From Octopus vulgaris (lineage: Eukaryota), in contig OX597814.1 in NCBI GenBank assembly GCA_951406725.2, forward strand, positions 154,628,001-154,692,000: a stretch of DNA of 64,000 nt, read 5' to 3'. Position numbers and translations under genes: made by a program. The notes beneath the pieces are model-generated. The model did not search any database, was not told the origin of the DNA, and saw only the letters and a program-made list of their open reading frames with translations. Of the stretch, positions 1 to 13,377 are shown in pieces (the first letter of the stretch is position 1; the number at the start of each line of letters is the position of its first letter).

Positions 1-41
<41 letters not shown>

Positions 42-74
42 CTTACTTGGAAATGGATGCGTGGCGTTCAATGA

Positions 75-164
<90 letters not shown>

Positions 165-342
165 TATATGGGTATAGGGCATCACCAACATGAAATATGG
201 AAACAAATGAGTTCAATACACAAACTATGAGAGAAACAAGTGGGAAACAGGACAAGTAACACAAAGAACGACACTTCATCATATGTAGTAGTTGTAATTA
301 CATGCATAAGTGTATGTATATACATGTATATATATGTATATG

Positions 343-373
<31 letters not shown>

Positions 374-375
374 GT

Positions 376-540
376 ACGACAGGCTTCTTTCAGTTTTCGT
401 CTACCAAATCCACTCACAAGGCTATGGTCGGCCCGAGGCTATAGTAGAAGACACTTGCCTAAGGTGCCACGCAGTGGGACTGAACCCGGAACCATGTGGT
501 TGGTAAGCAAGCTACTTATCACACATCCACTCCTGCACCT
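376..540 (-). mobile_element. tRNA-derived SINE family A, 5' half
   Basis: Reverse complement matches the head and body of the full copy at 60382-60773 (GTGGCTGTGTGGTAAG A-box-like, GGGTTCAGTCCC B-box-like). Confidence 0.85.
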
Positions 541-552
541 ATGTGTATATAT

Positions 553-950
553 ATTCTTGTATTCTTTTATTTGTTTCAATTATTTGACTGTGGTCATGCT
601 GGGGCACCGCCTTTAGTCGAGCAAATCGACTCCGGGACTTATTCTTCGTGAGCCTAGTGCTTACTCTATCGGTGTCTTTTGCCGAACCGCTAAGTTGCGG
701 GGACGTAGACACACCAGCAGCTCTTGTTGGGGTGGGGGGGGGGGGGCAAACACACACACACATACGACGTGCTTCTTTCAGTTTCCGTCTACCAAATCCA
801 CTCAAGGACCAAATCCACTCAAGGACCAAATCCACTCAAGGCTTTGGTCTGCCCGAGGCTATAGTAGGTGACACTTGCCCTAGGTTCCACGCAGTGGGAC
901 TGAACCCGAATACATGTGGTTGGTAAGTAAGCTACTTACCACACAGCCAT
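553..950 (-). mobile_element. SINE family A, near full length, with internal 17-bp triplication
   Basis: Colinear with the reverse complement of 60382-60773; ACCAAATCCACTCAAGG occurs three times in tandem at 791-841. Confidence 0.85.
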
Positions 951-1289
951 ATATAAATCTTTGAACATATTATATGGCATGTGCTATATAATACACACAC
1001 ACACAAATATATGTACGTATGCCTTAATGTTTATGGAAACTAATTTATGTTTGCTATTGTCTATATATATAGACAAAGAAGTTCCAAAGTCTTATATTCT
1101 TTTATTAGTTTTATATATGTGGTTACCGTCATGCTGGGTCACCACCCTGATTTTGTACTTACACACTTCACTCTTATTTTGCTGATATCTTTGGGGTGGT
1201 ATTAGTTCAGTTCACCACGCTTGCATGAGCCTTTTTCCTTGATTGTTTCCCCATTTGGTGTATGAGCGAATTTGACTATGCTGCCCTTA

Positions 1290-1612
1290 TCTATACCTCA
1301 TGCCGTGCCGTTGCTTCCTCCTATCGTATTTAAGAGGATGTCTCATTCCTTTCTGAAAACATCAACGTCCACATTGTTCAGGCTTCTTGATTTTTTTGGT
1401 CGGAGATGGAAGAGCTGTGAGCCTTGGATTCCTACGCTATTGCAGTACCTGATTCTATCTTTAGACATGGTGGACGGTACCTTTATACAATGGAGTGTCT
1501 TCCAGTTCCAGCATTTGAATAACACTCGATGCCGATATTAGGTACTAACCCTTCCAGAATTTTCCATATGTAGATTATTACATGTGTCGCGCCTTCACTC
1601 CAGTAAGTAAAG
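1290..1612 (-). mobile_element. CR1-like LINE ORF2 C-terminal relic (frameshifted)
   Basis: Minus-strand translations IIYIWKILEGLVPNIGIECY and RYCNSVGIQGSQLFHL resemble the post-RT C-terminus of CR1-group LINEs. Confidence 0.7.
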
Positions 1613-1649
1613 TACCTTTTATATATATGAATATATATATAAGTGTATG

Positions 1650-1730
<81 letters not shown>

Positions 1731-1734
1731 ATGT

Positions 1735-1916
1735 ATCTGAGTAAGCACATAAATGTGAAACGAGAAAATATAGTACTCGAATACCGGAGGTAGAATAATA
1801 TGCTTTATTGTTAAAGCTTAAAAAAACGACACAAAAATCACAAAACACGGCTACTCAGAGTTTCATGTTCCTGTTCGTCGGACAGTTGTTCTTAATCACA
1901 ACTGTTCGACGAACAG
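1735..1916 (-). mobile_element. Putative PLE pseudo-LTR fragment with degenerate hammerhead and short terminal fold-back
   Basis: Minus strand reads CCGACGA...GAAACTCTGAGTA; 18-bp inverted repeat at 1871-1888 / 1899-1916. Confidence 0.45.
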
Positions 1917-1924
1917 ATTTCTCT

Positions 1925-2038
1925 TGTTGTAGGGCACTGAAGAGCTGTGGGCCTTTGAAACTTAGATTATTGCAGTACTTGTTCCTGAATTTAGACAGAG
2001 TAAATGGTACCTTTGGTACAATACAATGGCGGCCAGTT
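1925..2038 (-). mobile_element. Second CR1-like C-terminal fragment
   Basis: GRHCIVPKVPFTLSKFRNKYCNNLSFKGPQLF is homologous to the translation of 1400-1520. Confidence 0.65.
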
Positions 2039-2886
2039 ATATATATATATAGGTATATCCAAATTTCTGGAATGATGTAGATAGAATCCAGTTTCCTAGG
2101 AAGTAGTAATAATCGAACGAAGGGTACTACACTAGCCATTCATTAGCTATAAAACATATGTAGCCTGGATTTTATCTACTCCATTCCCTAAATTTGTACT
2201 TTTACTCGCATACTTTTAATCCCAATTGCTAACCGTGAACTATAATCAAAAGTTTTTTTTAGCTAATTTGAACTTCAATATGAGAAAAGAATTTTTATAC
2301 CTTCTACGGACTGCACGAAGACTACTAACTTCCTACACCTTGCTCCTTGGATCTTACCTTTACATATTACTATGTCTGTGTAAATGTATGTATACATATA
2401 TATGTATGTATATGTTTGTATATATGTGTATGTATGTATACATGCAAGTATATATGTATGTACGTGTTCACGAATGTGTTCGCACAGTTTGAGGAAAAAA
2501 GGACCAGTCTACAAAATTATTGGTAATAATAACAGAAGGGATAGTTTTAAGAATGGTTTCTCTCTAGATTTATTCATGGGCTTGTTTGAGGATCGTCAAC
2601 AGAGATATTCCCTGGGCTCAGTGGACGCTTCACGTCTTTCAAACATCAGACACTATCACCAATGTGATCCAGGCAGAGACAATCAAGACTCGTCTTTTGT
2701 CGGGTTTGTATGAAACCCAGTAGCACAATTCATTTCAGGTAAAATACTGGAAGAGAAATGACGAATTGAATTGGCTTTCAACATGTATTCTTCAGGGTAA
2801 GGCAACAATGAAAATAATAACTAGACGCTGCATAACAAGATGGGGAATTAGAAGTACAATATATGATATACAGATAGCAAAGCATT

Positions 2887-2987
<101 letters not shown>

Positions 2988-3185
2988 TTACCCATGTATG
3001 TATGCATATAAGTATGCTACATATGCATACATACATGTATACATATACGTAAGTATATTATTTTATATTTATACATAAATGTATATATTCATATGATTTA
3101 TGTAAGTTAGGTAACATTAAAATTTCCGTTACTTAGACTAAGTAAATATTATTTTCCAATTGTCTCTGATTGAGATTTTCCACTT

Positions 3186-3255
<70 letters not shown>

Positions 3256-3377
3256 CAAACACACACACATACACGCAGGAAGAAATGCTTGCGCATATAT
3301 TTATATATATGGCATGTGTCTCTGCATATGGTAAATGATACACATATCTGTAATACATAAATGTATGTAGTAGGTAC

Positions 3378-3421
<44 letters not shown>

Positions 3422-3496
3422 TATACATAAATATACAAATTCTATATACATATATATAAGTATGGTATTTTATATATATATACAGCAAAAAAATGC

Positions 3497-3536
<40 letters not shown>

Positions 3537-3655
3537 ATATGTAACATTTGTATATTATATATAATTATTTAATACAATATATATATATAATATACAAATT
3601 ATATATATGGTATATATATATATATAGCGGAGAGCTATATATATATATATATATA

Positions 3656-3884
3656 AGGCGGAGAGCTGGCAGAAACGTTAGCACGCGGGCGAAATGCTTA
3701 GCGGTATTTCGTCTGCGTTACGTTGTGAGTTCAAATTCCGCCGAGGTCGACTTTGCCTTTCATCCTTTCGGGGTCGATAAATTAAGTACCAGTTACGCCC
3801 TGGGGTCGATGTAATCGACTTAATACCTATGTCTGTCCTTGTTTGTCCCCTCTGTGTTTAGCCCCTTGTAGGTAATAAAGAAAT

Positions 3885-3888
<4 letters not shown>
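3656..3888 (+). mobile_element. tRNA-derived SINE family B
   Basis: GAGCTGGCAGAAACGTTAG head, GAGTTCAAATTCC B-box-like, GACTTTGCCTTTCATCCTTTCGGGGTCGATAAA core; near-identical copies at 18293, 21728, 43706 and 44378. Confidence 0.9.
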
Positions 3889-3918
<30 letters not shown>

Positions 3919-4355
3919 CATTTATATTATATATATGTATATATATATATTTAATGTATATATACATATGTATAATACAGATATATATATCATATGTATA
4001 TAATATATACATAATGCATATATAATACATATATAATATATATAATATATATGTATCATACAAGTGTATATATAATATGTATATATATGAAATATATATA
4101 ATATATATCATATATGTATATGATGTGGAAGCACAATTGGCGTTGTGAGTGTTTATTGAGCGAAAACACCTAAAAGCTCCTTGCTGTACTCTTTCACAAC
4201 TCTTTCTTCTGTTGGACTGCTCGCTTAGCCAGCGGGGTGGCGTCATTCGAAGGCTAAAACAATGACGGTCAGGCGGTTTTTCAACTCTTGGTGTTCCAAC
4301 ACTCGATGTAGAACATGGAGTTTATAAGAGTTAAATGTAAAGAGATAGAGAGCGT

Positions 4356-4418
<63 letters not shown>

Positions 4419-4560
4419 CTGTATTAATATTCCGTTAGTATAGCTGCGCAGACTCGAACAGACTCAAAGTGCGTTGCTCAAAATTTCCCCACTTCCTTTA
4501 AGTCTTCGTAAAATTATACGGTTGTCTTTGTTAATGAGCTAATGATGTGCGAATTGATTA

Positions 4561-4766
4561 CAGGTAAGTTCACCACCATCAATTCACTGCAGGGAAAGTT
4601 CGCTGCCATCACTTCACTGTAAAACACTTCACCGTGAAAACATATCCATAGTACCTCACCATTAATATTTAAAAACTATTTTATTGAAAAAAAAAAGTCC
4701 ACAAACCGATAAATTGCACGACGGTGAACTTTACCAGCAGTGAATTGATGGCGGTGAACTTACCAG
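4561..4766. mobile_element. MITE / fold-back DNA element with ~30-bp TIRs and short subterminal repeats
   Basis: CAGGTAAGTTCACCACCATCAATTCACTGC (4561-4590) is inverted relative to GCAGTGAATTGATGGCGGTGAACTTACCAG (4737-4766); TTCAC(C/T)G units are reiterated. Confidence 0.7.
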
Positions 4767-5039
4767 ACATGATGCGGGTCTTTCATAATTTACTCCAGTT
4801 TGATGACTGGAGATTGATTGGAAGATATCTTTGAGCGGAATCGAAGATATCGTGGTTTCTGGTTTTGGTTCTGTAAGTTTCTAGAAATGAAACAACTTCA
4901 TGTGCCCACCACTTCATTGTTAAAGTTTCTTTTTAAATCAGGAACTAAGTTTTGTTTTGTCTCGATCATAACAGTTTATCAAGTCTTCTTGATAATATTT
5001 TAAATCTATCTGTTATTTCTCTTGTCTAGCTGAACCTAT

Positions 5040-5960
5040 AAAGTAACGTACAAATACATCTTACCTTATTGGACGGAATGTTTGTTTTAGTAGAGAGGTG
5101 GAAAGATTTATAATCTTACTACTGGTGTTTCTCTACACGAGACACCAGATGTAATACTTTTATTTGCCTTCATCCTTTGGTACTGCAAATAGCCCCCTTT
5201 TATTCGTTTCCATTTTGATCAATGACTGTTATTGACTCTTGTATTATTTTCCCCTTATTTTCAATCCAAAATAGAAATTATTCATCGAAATATCCTTTCA
5301 AGTTAAAAAAAGTGTTAAAACTCTGTTTAAAACATAATCCCAGATCGCACATAGGCTTCTTTATTTTAAAATTCTCATAATCAGACTTGCGAAAACTAGA
5401 GCGACTTTTGTACCCATTGCTATCCATAACATTTGCAATGCTGCTTGCAACAATTTCAATCCTTTTGGAAAGAATACTTTTGAACATTTCTCTTGAATTA
5501 TTTGTCAAAGCAATATAGGATCATTTTCTTGTGTTCTCTCTTTGTGATGTAATTTAAAATATCCATATCATTTCTGATGAAATGGGAGCCAATTCGCATA
5601 ATAGTTTCTATATAATGTCCAATAGATTACTGGTCTTACAACAACATGGTGTAAATTTAACATCTGATTTTGGAATCTCTATACAAGATGTACGACATTC
5701 TTTTAAACTACTATGGATTTCTTTTGATTTCTGAATTTCTGATAGTCCACAAAAAATTGCTTGTATGTACTTCAAAATAACTTACACAACCTAATATGTA
5801 TTTAGTTAAACTGCATTTAATTTTTTCCGTAAATTTACCAGATTTGGTCATTGTCAATACATCTGTGTTAATTACTCAGCATTTAATTTCTCTAAATCCG
5901 TTTTCCCTAGTGTCCATTATTACAGCTTCTCCTTTCTTAGGGTCTTTGATTACTATAAAG
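5040..5960 (-). pseudogene. Highly decayed Penelope-like reverse transcriptase relic
   Basis: Minus-strand pieces in the expected order: IVIKDPKKGEAVIMD (cf. IKPADKGGAVVIMD), TSNF.GL.EIQKSKEIH (cf. FYGLPKIHKS), SNLLDII, KTNIPSNKVRCICT (cf. NIPYNLARRICT); many frameshifts. Confidence 0.65.
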
Positions 5961-6976
5961 GACTCTTTTTGTAGATCATTTTTTGTAATATTCAAGTTCG
6001 CTTATCGTTTCAAACACATTATATATTCCTCATAACGTTCACCGGAGCCTTAAATCCTATTTAGATTTTCACATGTAATGGTTATTCGTCATCGTTATTC
6101 TGGAGAAATGCATGTAATTGAAGTTTTCCTGTAAATTCCTGAATATTTCATCAGAATTTTTAAACACATCTGTTATAGTGAATATTAGAGTTGGTGTAAA
6201 TTAAAATCCTTATCCTAGTTTTATTTCCCATTCTTTTTTTCAATGAAATCTCACAATGATAAAACTATTGTATAACGATAAAGTGATATGATGATATAAT
6301 GATGACTTTTTGTGATGTATATATATATATTCATTTACTTGTTTCAGTCATTTGCTTGCGGCAATGCTTGAGCGCCGCCTTATATATATGACAGCAAATC
6401 CTTGGATGGAATTTATAAGACAGTTCTATATTTAAAAGATGAGGAATTATGTACATTATTTACATTATTTACAATTGACAGATATTTGTCCTCATTTTGT
6501 TTGTTGCATTAATACATCTCCTTCGAGTAAAACCACCAATAGAAGAGAATATGACTAAGAACTACGTGTACTCCATCCCATGCAGCTATGGTAGGTTATA
6601 CAAAGGCGAAACATGCCGACTCCTCAAAATAAGGGTAAGGAACATCGCAAATCTGTGACACGGGGAGATATTGATAAATCGGGTATAGCTGATCATGTAT
6701 GGAAAAATGCAGACCACTTCCCCTGTGGGATGAAGTTACGATAATAGACAAAGAACACCACTGGAAAATACGAAAACTAAAAGAAGCAGCACATATGCTA
6801 GGACAGAACAACCTCCTAAGCAGACCGAGTGTAGATATGAAAAGCATATGAGAACCGGTATTAAGGAAGAATAGGAGAATATTAGAATTATAAGCAATAA
6901 AATTCACTCCATAATTGCTACGGGCGTAGTGGTTACTAACCCCAAGATTCTGAGTTCGATTCCACACAGTGACCTA

Positions 6977-7095
<119 letters not shown>

Positions 7096-7147
7096 CAACA
7101 CCGAAAAATACTTTAGGAATGAAAACCCAGGTTCGAAATTTCCCCAA

Positions 7148-7193
7148 GACTCCTGATGAAGGCTGGAGGGTATATCAGCCGAAACGTTGTGTT
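7148..7193 (+). ncRNA. Minimal type-I hammerhead ribozyme motif
   Basis: GACTC-CTGATGA-A-GGCTG-loop-CAGCC-GAAA-CG-TT-GTGTT; stem I has one mismatch; loopless palindromic stem III (AACGTT). Confidence 0.7.
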
Positions 7194-7274
7194 AACAACA
7201 AACAAGATGAGGACAAATATCCGTCATTTGTAAATAATGGAATTTATAAGCATTTAATACAGCGCTACGTGCGT

Positions 7275-7317
<43 letters not shown>

Positions 7318-7726
7318 AGAGAGAGAGAGAGAGATAGGTACATACTTAATTTAAGTTAGTACAATGGATTTTTTTTCCTGGAGTTTTCATAGCCTGTCTG
7401 AAAATTACAACTGTCACGACGTGGTATCTTCAGAGTAACAGACTACTGGATTGGCTTATAGAAAACTATTGCGTTCTTCGTTTATATTGAGTATCCTCCT
7501 ATGGACCGTCACACAATAACGGATATATGTGTACGTGTGTGTTTGTAAGGTGCACGTTTAGATGTTCGACTTCTAAGCATTATTTAACCAATAATTTATG
7601 ATTCAATGCGTATATAATGATATACAGGATCCTATGAAGAAAATTCCTGTTGTTTTGGCGAAATGTCATGTTAGTAATTTCCTAGGTTATAAAGATCACA
7701 TAATCTATACTCTTGCTTTCTGTGTC

Positions 7727-7814
<88 letters not shown>

Positions 7815-8068
7815 TGTACGGCATAAAGAAACATAGCGTTCCAGGTGGTTTTACTGTATATTGTATTCTTAGCATGTGAGCGATGATAGTTCTTATAAAT
7901 ATTTATAATAACTAGCAAATTTTATCCCTCCGGGACACACGTATTTACAACATATTTCTATTACCCACCCCGACTACTTAAGATACCCGATATATTTTTT
8001 AACGAAGTCTATTTGTACTCGTAGTGAGATATATGTATGACCTCACAACACATACATACATACATACA

Positions 8069-8115
<47 letters not shown>

Positions 8116-8940
8116 CAACTAATGTTAACACGATTATATTAGGTTGGTTCTGTAACATATTTTTCTTCATTCATTGATAATGGTGCTTATTTTATTTTCT
8201 GTTTTAAATAGCATTTTGTTTACAATACTTTCGTTGATTAGCAGTTTCCATTGAGCTTGGATCATTGCATTTATAACGAGGCGAACAACGAGAGAACGTC
8301 TGTGGAAATCGAATGGAACAAATACCAAAAGTTATTTTTATTCGAAAGCTCTGGCATGTCGGTTTTCTGATGAAAGTCTTGTATATTTCACCAATATCGG
8401 CAAAAATTATCCACCTCTCTTATAACACATGCAGGATTGTACACGGTTAGATTAAATTCTTGTCCATTAGATTTCACTCAGTGGACATTTGTTAATCCGA
8501 GGCTATAGCTGACTAATGTCCTACAAAGGAGTTACACAGTGAGACGAACTATAGAATCGAAACTTGAACCACGCAGTTACGAAGCGAACTTTTGAATCAC
8601 ATAACTAAATATGGACATATGCACACACACACGCACACACATACACACACTCACTCACACACACACAAACGCACACACAGAGTTATACTTGTTCTGCTTA
8701 ATCCATCTTGTCTTCCAATGGTATAAACAAAACGGAATCAGCAGGGCAAGAAGCGACACGAGGGATGAGTCGCTGAAGCGGTCACAGGATGTGTGACGAA
8801 AAAGGAAACTAAAATAATAAAAATAAAGCTGAAGTAAAGACTAAATATATAGTGCGTGTGTTTGATTGGCAAAATATGACAATCACCAAGTATAACAATA
8901 TCAACACACGATTTCGCATCAAAAATCTTGCAAAACAAAT

Positions 8941-9245
8941 GCGTGCACGGCTCAGTAGTTAGACCGTCGGGCTCGTAATCATGAGGTAGTAAGTTTGATT
9001 CCCGGATCGAGCTGTATGATGTGTTCTTGAGCAAGACACTTTATTTCACGTTGCTGCAGTTTACTTAGCTGTAGAAATAAGTAAACTGCGACGTCATTGG
9101 TGTCAAGCTGTTTCGGCCTTTGAATAACATCGTGATGTGGAGAAAGGAGGTTGGCATGTATGGGCGACTGCTGGTCTTTCATAAACAGGCTTGCCTTGAT
9201 TTGTGCCTGGGAGGATAACTTTCTAGGTGCAATCCATGGACATTT
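8941..9245 (+). mobile_element. tRNA-derived SINE family C (V-domain-like)
   Basis: GGCTCAGTAGTTAG A-box-like, GTTTGATTCCCGG B-box-like, followed by GTGTTCTTGAGCAAGACACTT. Confidence 0.65.
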
Positions 9246-9296
9246 AATCTTCTATTTAAATATAAAATAGAAACATCTCTAGTATAATAAATATCA

Positions 9297-9635
9297 TTAA
9301 CCACATATACTTAACGTATATGCTTCGTGTATTTACCGGTGGGCTGCTGGGCGAGGTGAAGTATATACTCTCTCAGAACACCCCAGAATCATGGACAGGT
9401 GGGATAATTCATACTGTCTCTAATCTTGTCGGTTACACGATGTTGACAAGCCACAAAAAATGGCAAAACATCGATGTCCATCTCCCTGTGATGGGATTGA
9501 GGATGAGTTGTCTCGTCTGTCCATGACTCTGAGGTGTTTTAACACCCGGCGCATTGGAAGAGTATATGCTCCACCACACAAATAGCATCTCACCAGCAAA
9601 TACACTATGCATATAAGTTAAGTATATGTGGTTAA
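9297..9635. repeat. Degenerate fold-back (nested inverted repeats)
   Basis: TTAACCACATATACTTAAC / GTTAAGTATATGTGGTTAA at the ends; inner pair AACACCCCAGAATCATGGACAG / CTGTCCATGACTCTGAGGTGTT. Confidence 0.8.
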
Positions 9636-9657
9636 CTATATGTATATTACAGTATTT

Positions 9658-10171
9658 ATAAAATTAATATAAACAGCAGTTTGCAATGTTTCACCAGAAA
9701 GGAAAACTATAATTGTCACTAAATATGACTAGGGTGTTAAAAACCATCTACATTGCTAGAAATAAGAGCGAAACTGCTCTAATGCTGTAGTCAACGCTCA
9801 TAAATGTAAACATATACACTAACAGGGACCTTAAATGTCTCAAAAATGCCGATCTAGAATTCTTAATACTGACATCAGTTTCGGCAATTTCCGTTGCCTC
9901 ATCAGTTAAGACTGGCTCGACAGTTTTGCTATTTTCGGACTTGTTTCTCTATTAGTATATATGTTTTCGTCATCCAAATTAATATATGATTTAGTAATTC
10001 GCTAATGTGCATACATAAAATTAATATAAACAGCAGACTGCAATGTTTCCCCAGAAGAGAGAATTTATAATTGTCACTAAATGTGACTAGGGTGTTAGAA
10101 GCACCTACATTATTAAAAAGAATAGATAAAATGCTCTAATTCTGTTGTCAAATCACATAAATTTAAACATA
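9658..10171 (-). mobile_element. Retrozyme-like unit: 357-nt period, partial tandem duplication, one hammerhead
   Basis: Diverged direct repeats 9658-9814 and 10015-10171 (offset 357) flank the hammerhead at 9861-9911. Confidence 0.6.
9861..9911 (-). ncRNA. Canonical type-I hammerhead ribozyme
   Basis: Minus strand: TCTTAA-CTGATGA-GGCAA-cggaaa-TTGCC-GAAA-CTGA-tg-TCAG-TA-TTAAGA; all core nucleotides and three stems intact; GUA cleavage triplet. Confidence 0.88.
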
Positions 10172-10893
10172 AACATAAACACATACGTGTGTGTGTCTAT
10201 GTATATTTATATTCGATGGGCTTCCACACAGTTTCTGCCAAGCCATTTTACTCACAATGCATTGAGCGACCCTCAGATATAGTAGAAGGTACCGAAGCGT
10301 GCAACTGAACACGAACGTGATTGCAAAGTGAGTTTTTAAAAATTTTTACCACACAGCCATATACTTTCAATATATTCACAAGAGTAACTGGAAACAACAG
10401 TTAAGTTTACGTTACATTTCGGTTGTGAAATGAATCATAAGCTGATAGAAATAAAAGCTTATATAAAATAGCTGTGAAATAGTGATTAACAATGGATTAT
10501 CTGATGATCCTTTAACAAATTTGTGCAAGTATCATTTAAAATATTTTTGGATCTTATATCTACTTTTGATTTGGTTCGAGATAAAATCGAATACTGGAGG
10601 GCCAATTGTAGTTGTGTGTACGGGATCTCAGCTTTTGTGATATTCGAACTTCACACTAATATCGTATAAACAACCCTAATTGAATATTTTCAATGTTGTT
10701 TGGTCAGGGGAGACCACGGAGGTAAGTGTGTGTGTGTAGTATAGAGAATAGTATTCTAGATGAGACTATCCACAGGTAAGATAATGCCATCTGGATTTCT
10801 CGGACTGGAATGCTCTGAGGATCCAAGAGCTCAACATGCGAGACACGTCGACTCTATTTCTTACGTGGGCGTTCTAATTGAGGATGTTGTTGG

Positions 10894-10951
<58 letters not shown>

Positions 10952-10997
10952 CACCACCACCACCACCACCACCACCACCACCACCACTACTACTACT
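10894..10997. repeat. Compound (CTA)n(CCA)n microsatellite
   Basis: Direct reading. Confidence 0.97.
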
Positions 10998-11041
10998 GCT
11001 GCTTATATTTGAGTAATGTGCGTATATATGTATACATATAT

Positions 11042-11086
<45 letters not shown>

Positions 11087-11844
11087 TGCATGTGTCTCCA
11101 CACACACACACATACACACATGTCATATTCATTTTTCACTATTCTCTTTCTCGCAACGTCTTCCGCACTTAGATTGATTATACACACACACACACACACA
11201 CACTCACACACATAGATGTATATATGTATACATATGTATATGTATGTGTGTGTGTGTATGTGCGCGTGTGGATATGAAACTGTAAACGGATGATTAATAA
11301 AGTTCATGCTCATTTTATCACATCACCTCATCTAATGCAACATTAGCAATAATCAACTGAAGCTACAGTTTCATAAAGTTACGGCGTATAATTAGATTTC
11401 ATCACAGATTTTCACAAACGCATACATACAGACGCATATAGACATGAACACACACACACACACACACACACACAGAACCATATGCTCATATATACGCGCA
11501 TACACACATAAACACATATGCGCATGCATATATACACACAAATACATACGCACTGGCTCGCATCCATATGTTCATATACACATATAAACTCACACACGCA
11601 TCATATATATATGTTGATTCACGCTTATATGTATGTGTGCACGTGTGTGCGTACGTGTGTGTGTACGTGTGTATGTATGCATATATTTATATACATACAC
11701 AAGTACACATGCACCCGCATGCACATATTCATACAGTTTGACATTCATAATTATACACATACATCTATATATTCACATACTCACGCCAACATTCCGACAC
11801 GTATACATACATATATACATAGATACATAATACATACATACATA

Positions 11845-12330
11845 CCCGGCGGATGTTAACATAAAGCTAAAGATCACCGAAAAAGAGAATACCTATGCTG
11901 AACTATTGAGAAATCTATAGCTACTCTATCCACATTACAAGTTCAGGTTTATACCTGTAATTATTGGGGAACTGGAATACGTAACACACTACCTAAATAC
12001 TAAACTTGAGAAATTAGGCTTCTCAAAATCAGAAAGGAGAAAAGCTGATTCCAAGATTACAGATCCAAGCCATCACTGGAACTGTAAAAATCTGTAAAAC
12101 TTTCCAGAAGTTTATCATTTAAGTATATATGAGCTTGTCTAGACATGCAGCTGTATGCATGAGAATACACATATAAAATAAAACATACAAATCTGCATGT
12201 ATACACAAATACATACAAAAATACCTTGTTGATGTTGAAATTCCAATGTAGGCGTCTTGGATCTAGGTTAGAAATCAGCTTTCTTTATTGGTAAGAAATC
12301 TTGAAATAAAGCTGAATAATAGCTGACATA
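11845..12330 (+). mobile_element. 5'-truncated RLE-type (R4/Dong-like) non-LTR retrotransposon in (CATA)n
   Basis: PADVNIKLKITEKENTYAELLRNL*LLYPHYKFRFIPVIIG...LQIQAITGTVKICKTF* resembles the restriction-like endonuclease C-terminus; the 3' UTR runs into CATACATAC; second copy at 58278-58760. Confidence 0.78.
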
Positions 12331-12340
12331 CATACAAATA

Positions 12341-12883
12341 TTGGGTTGTCCGGAAAGTTCGTGCCGATTTTTAAAGGTAAGAAAAAGGTCAATACATACT
12401 TGCCATTACATTTTTTAATCAACCAAATATGAACCATTTTGTTGCACAATGCATTTCCATCTTTCCTTTAACTTGAAAATACTCTCTTCCCAGAGTTGCG
12501 GTGGTTTCATGGTAAAGAATTCATCAAGGTATCTTTTTACGTCATCTAAGGAATTGAAATTTTTACCATTAAGACTATTCTGCAGAGACCTGAATAAGTT
12601 GATATCTGCAGAGACCTGAATAAGTGGATATGGAGGGTTGGGTAACACAACCCAGCCGAGCTGCAGCAATTTTTGTCTGGTTCCCAAAGCATCAACTTTC
12701 TTATCTTCCATTTTAAAGGGTTACAGAATTAACACAGGTTTGTGTATTTGTGTATATACACCTTCTTCTACGAAAAGATAGCTTAAACTGTGCTCAAATC
12801 CTATTTTATGGACTCAACCATATTCTAAAATAAGTCGAAAGGTAAGCTATTATAAATCGGCACGAACTTTCCGGACAACCCAA
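12341..12883 (-). mobile_element. Internally deleted mariner element
   Basis: 30-bp TIR TTGGGTTGTCCGGAAAGTTCGTGCCGATTT at both ends, TA on both flanks; transposase N-terminus (MEDKKV) fused to C-terminus (TRQKLLQLGW..LFRSLQNSLNGK). Confidence 0.93.
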
Positions 12884-13306
12884 TACATATATGCACACAT
12901 ACATGTATCTTACTAGACAAGTTTGCAAATTTGTAGAATCGCAAATCATTGAGAGAAATGCTCGTGGTATGTTTTGCAGCTCTTTACATTCGGAGTTTCC
13001 ATTCTTCTGCGGTTAATAATATAAAATTATGATTCCAGGTTGCGATGTGTATGCATATATCTATGTTTGCATGTGTACGAATGTGAGATACTTTGTATAT
13101 CTATATGTCTGAATATACGTATGTGGGCGTACGGATGTTTGTGTATGTTTGCGTGTGTGAATCGTGTGCATAAATATATGGGCCTACCTGTATGTATAGT
13201 TATGTGCATTTGTATATGTATATATGTATGTACATATGTATGTGTGTTTGTGTATATGTAAGCATCTGTGCATATATCTATATACGTTTGTCTGATGTGC
13301 ATATAT

Positions 13307-13377
<71 letters not shown>

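Noticed and set aside
791-841. Short direct repeats (17 bp x3 here, 53645-53695, 57921-57994) as CRISPR-like arrays
   Set aside because: Contiguous tandem repeats without spacers, eukaryotic context, no cas genes.
2520-2850. Possible second PLE RT thumb relic on the minus strand
   Set aside because: Only a faint motif resemblance (FHTNPTKD); too decayed to call without an HMM search.
5574-5580. Isolated CTGATGA words (also 8367, 10501, 57836) as hammerheads
   Set aside because: No stem II-GAAA-NUH-stem I arrangement follows.
8138-8345. Possible mariner 5' end starting TATTAGGTTGG
   Set aside because: No partner TIR or convincing transposase translation found.
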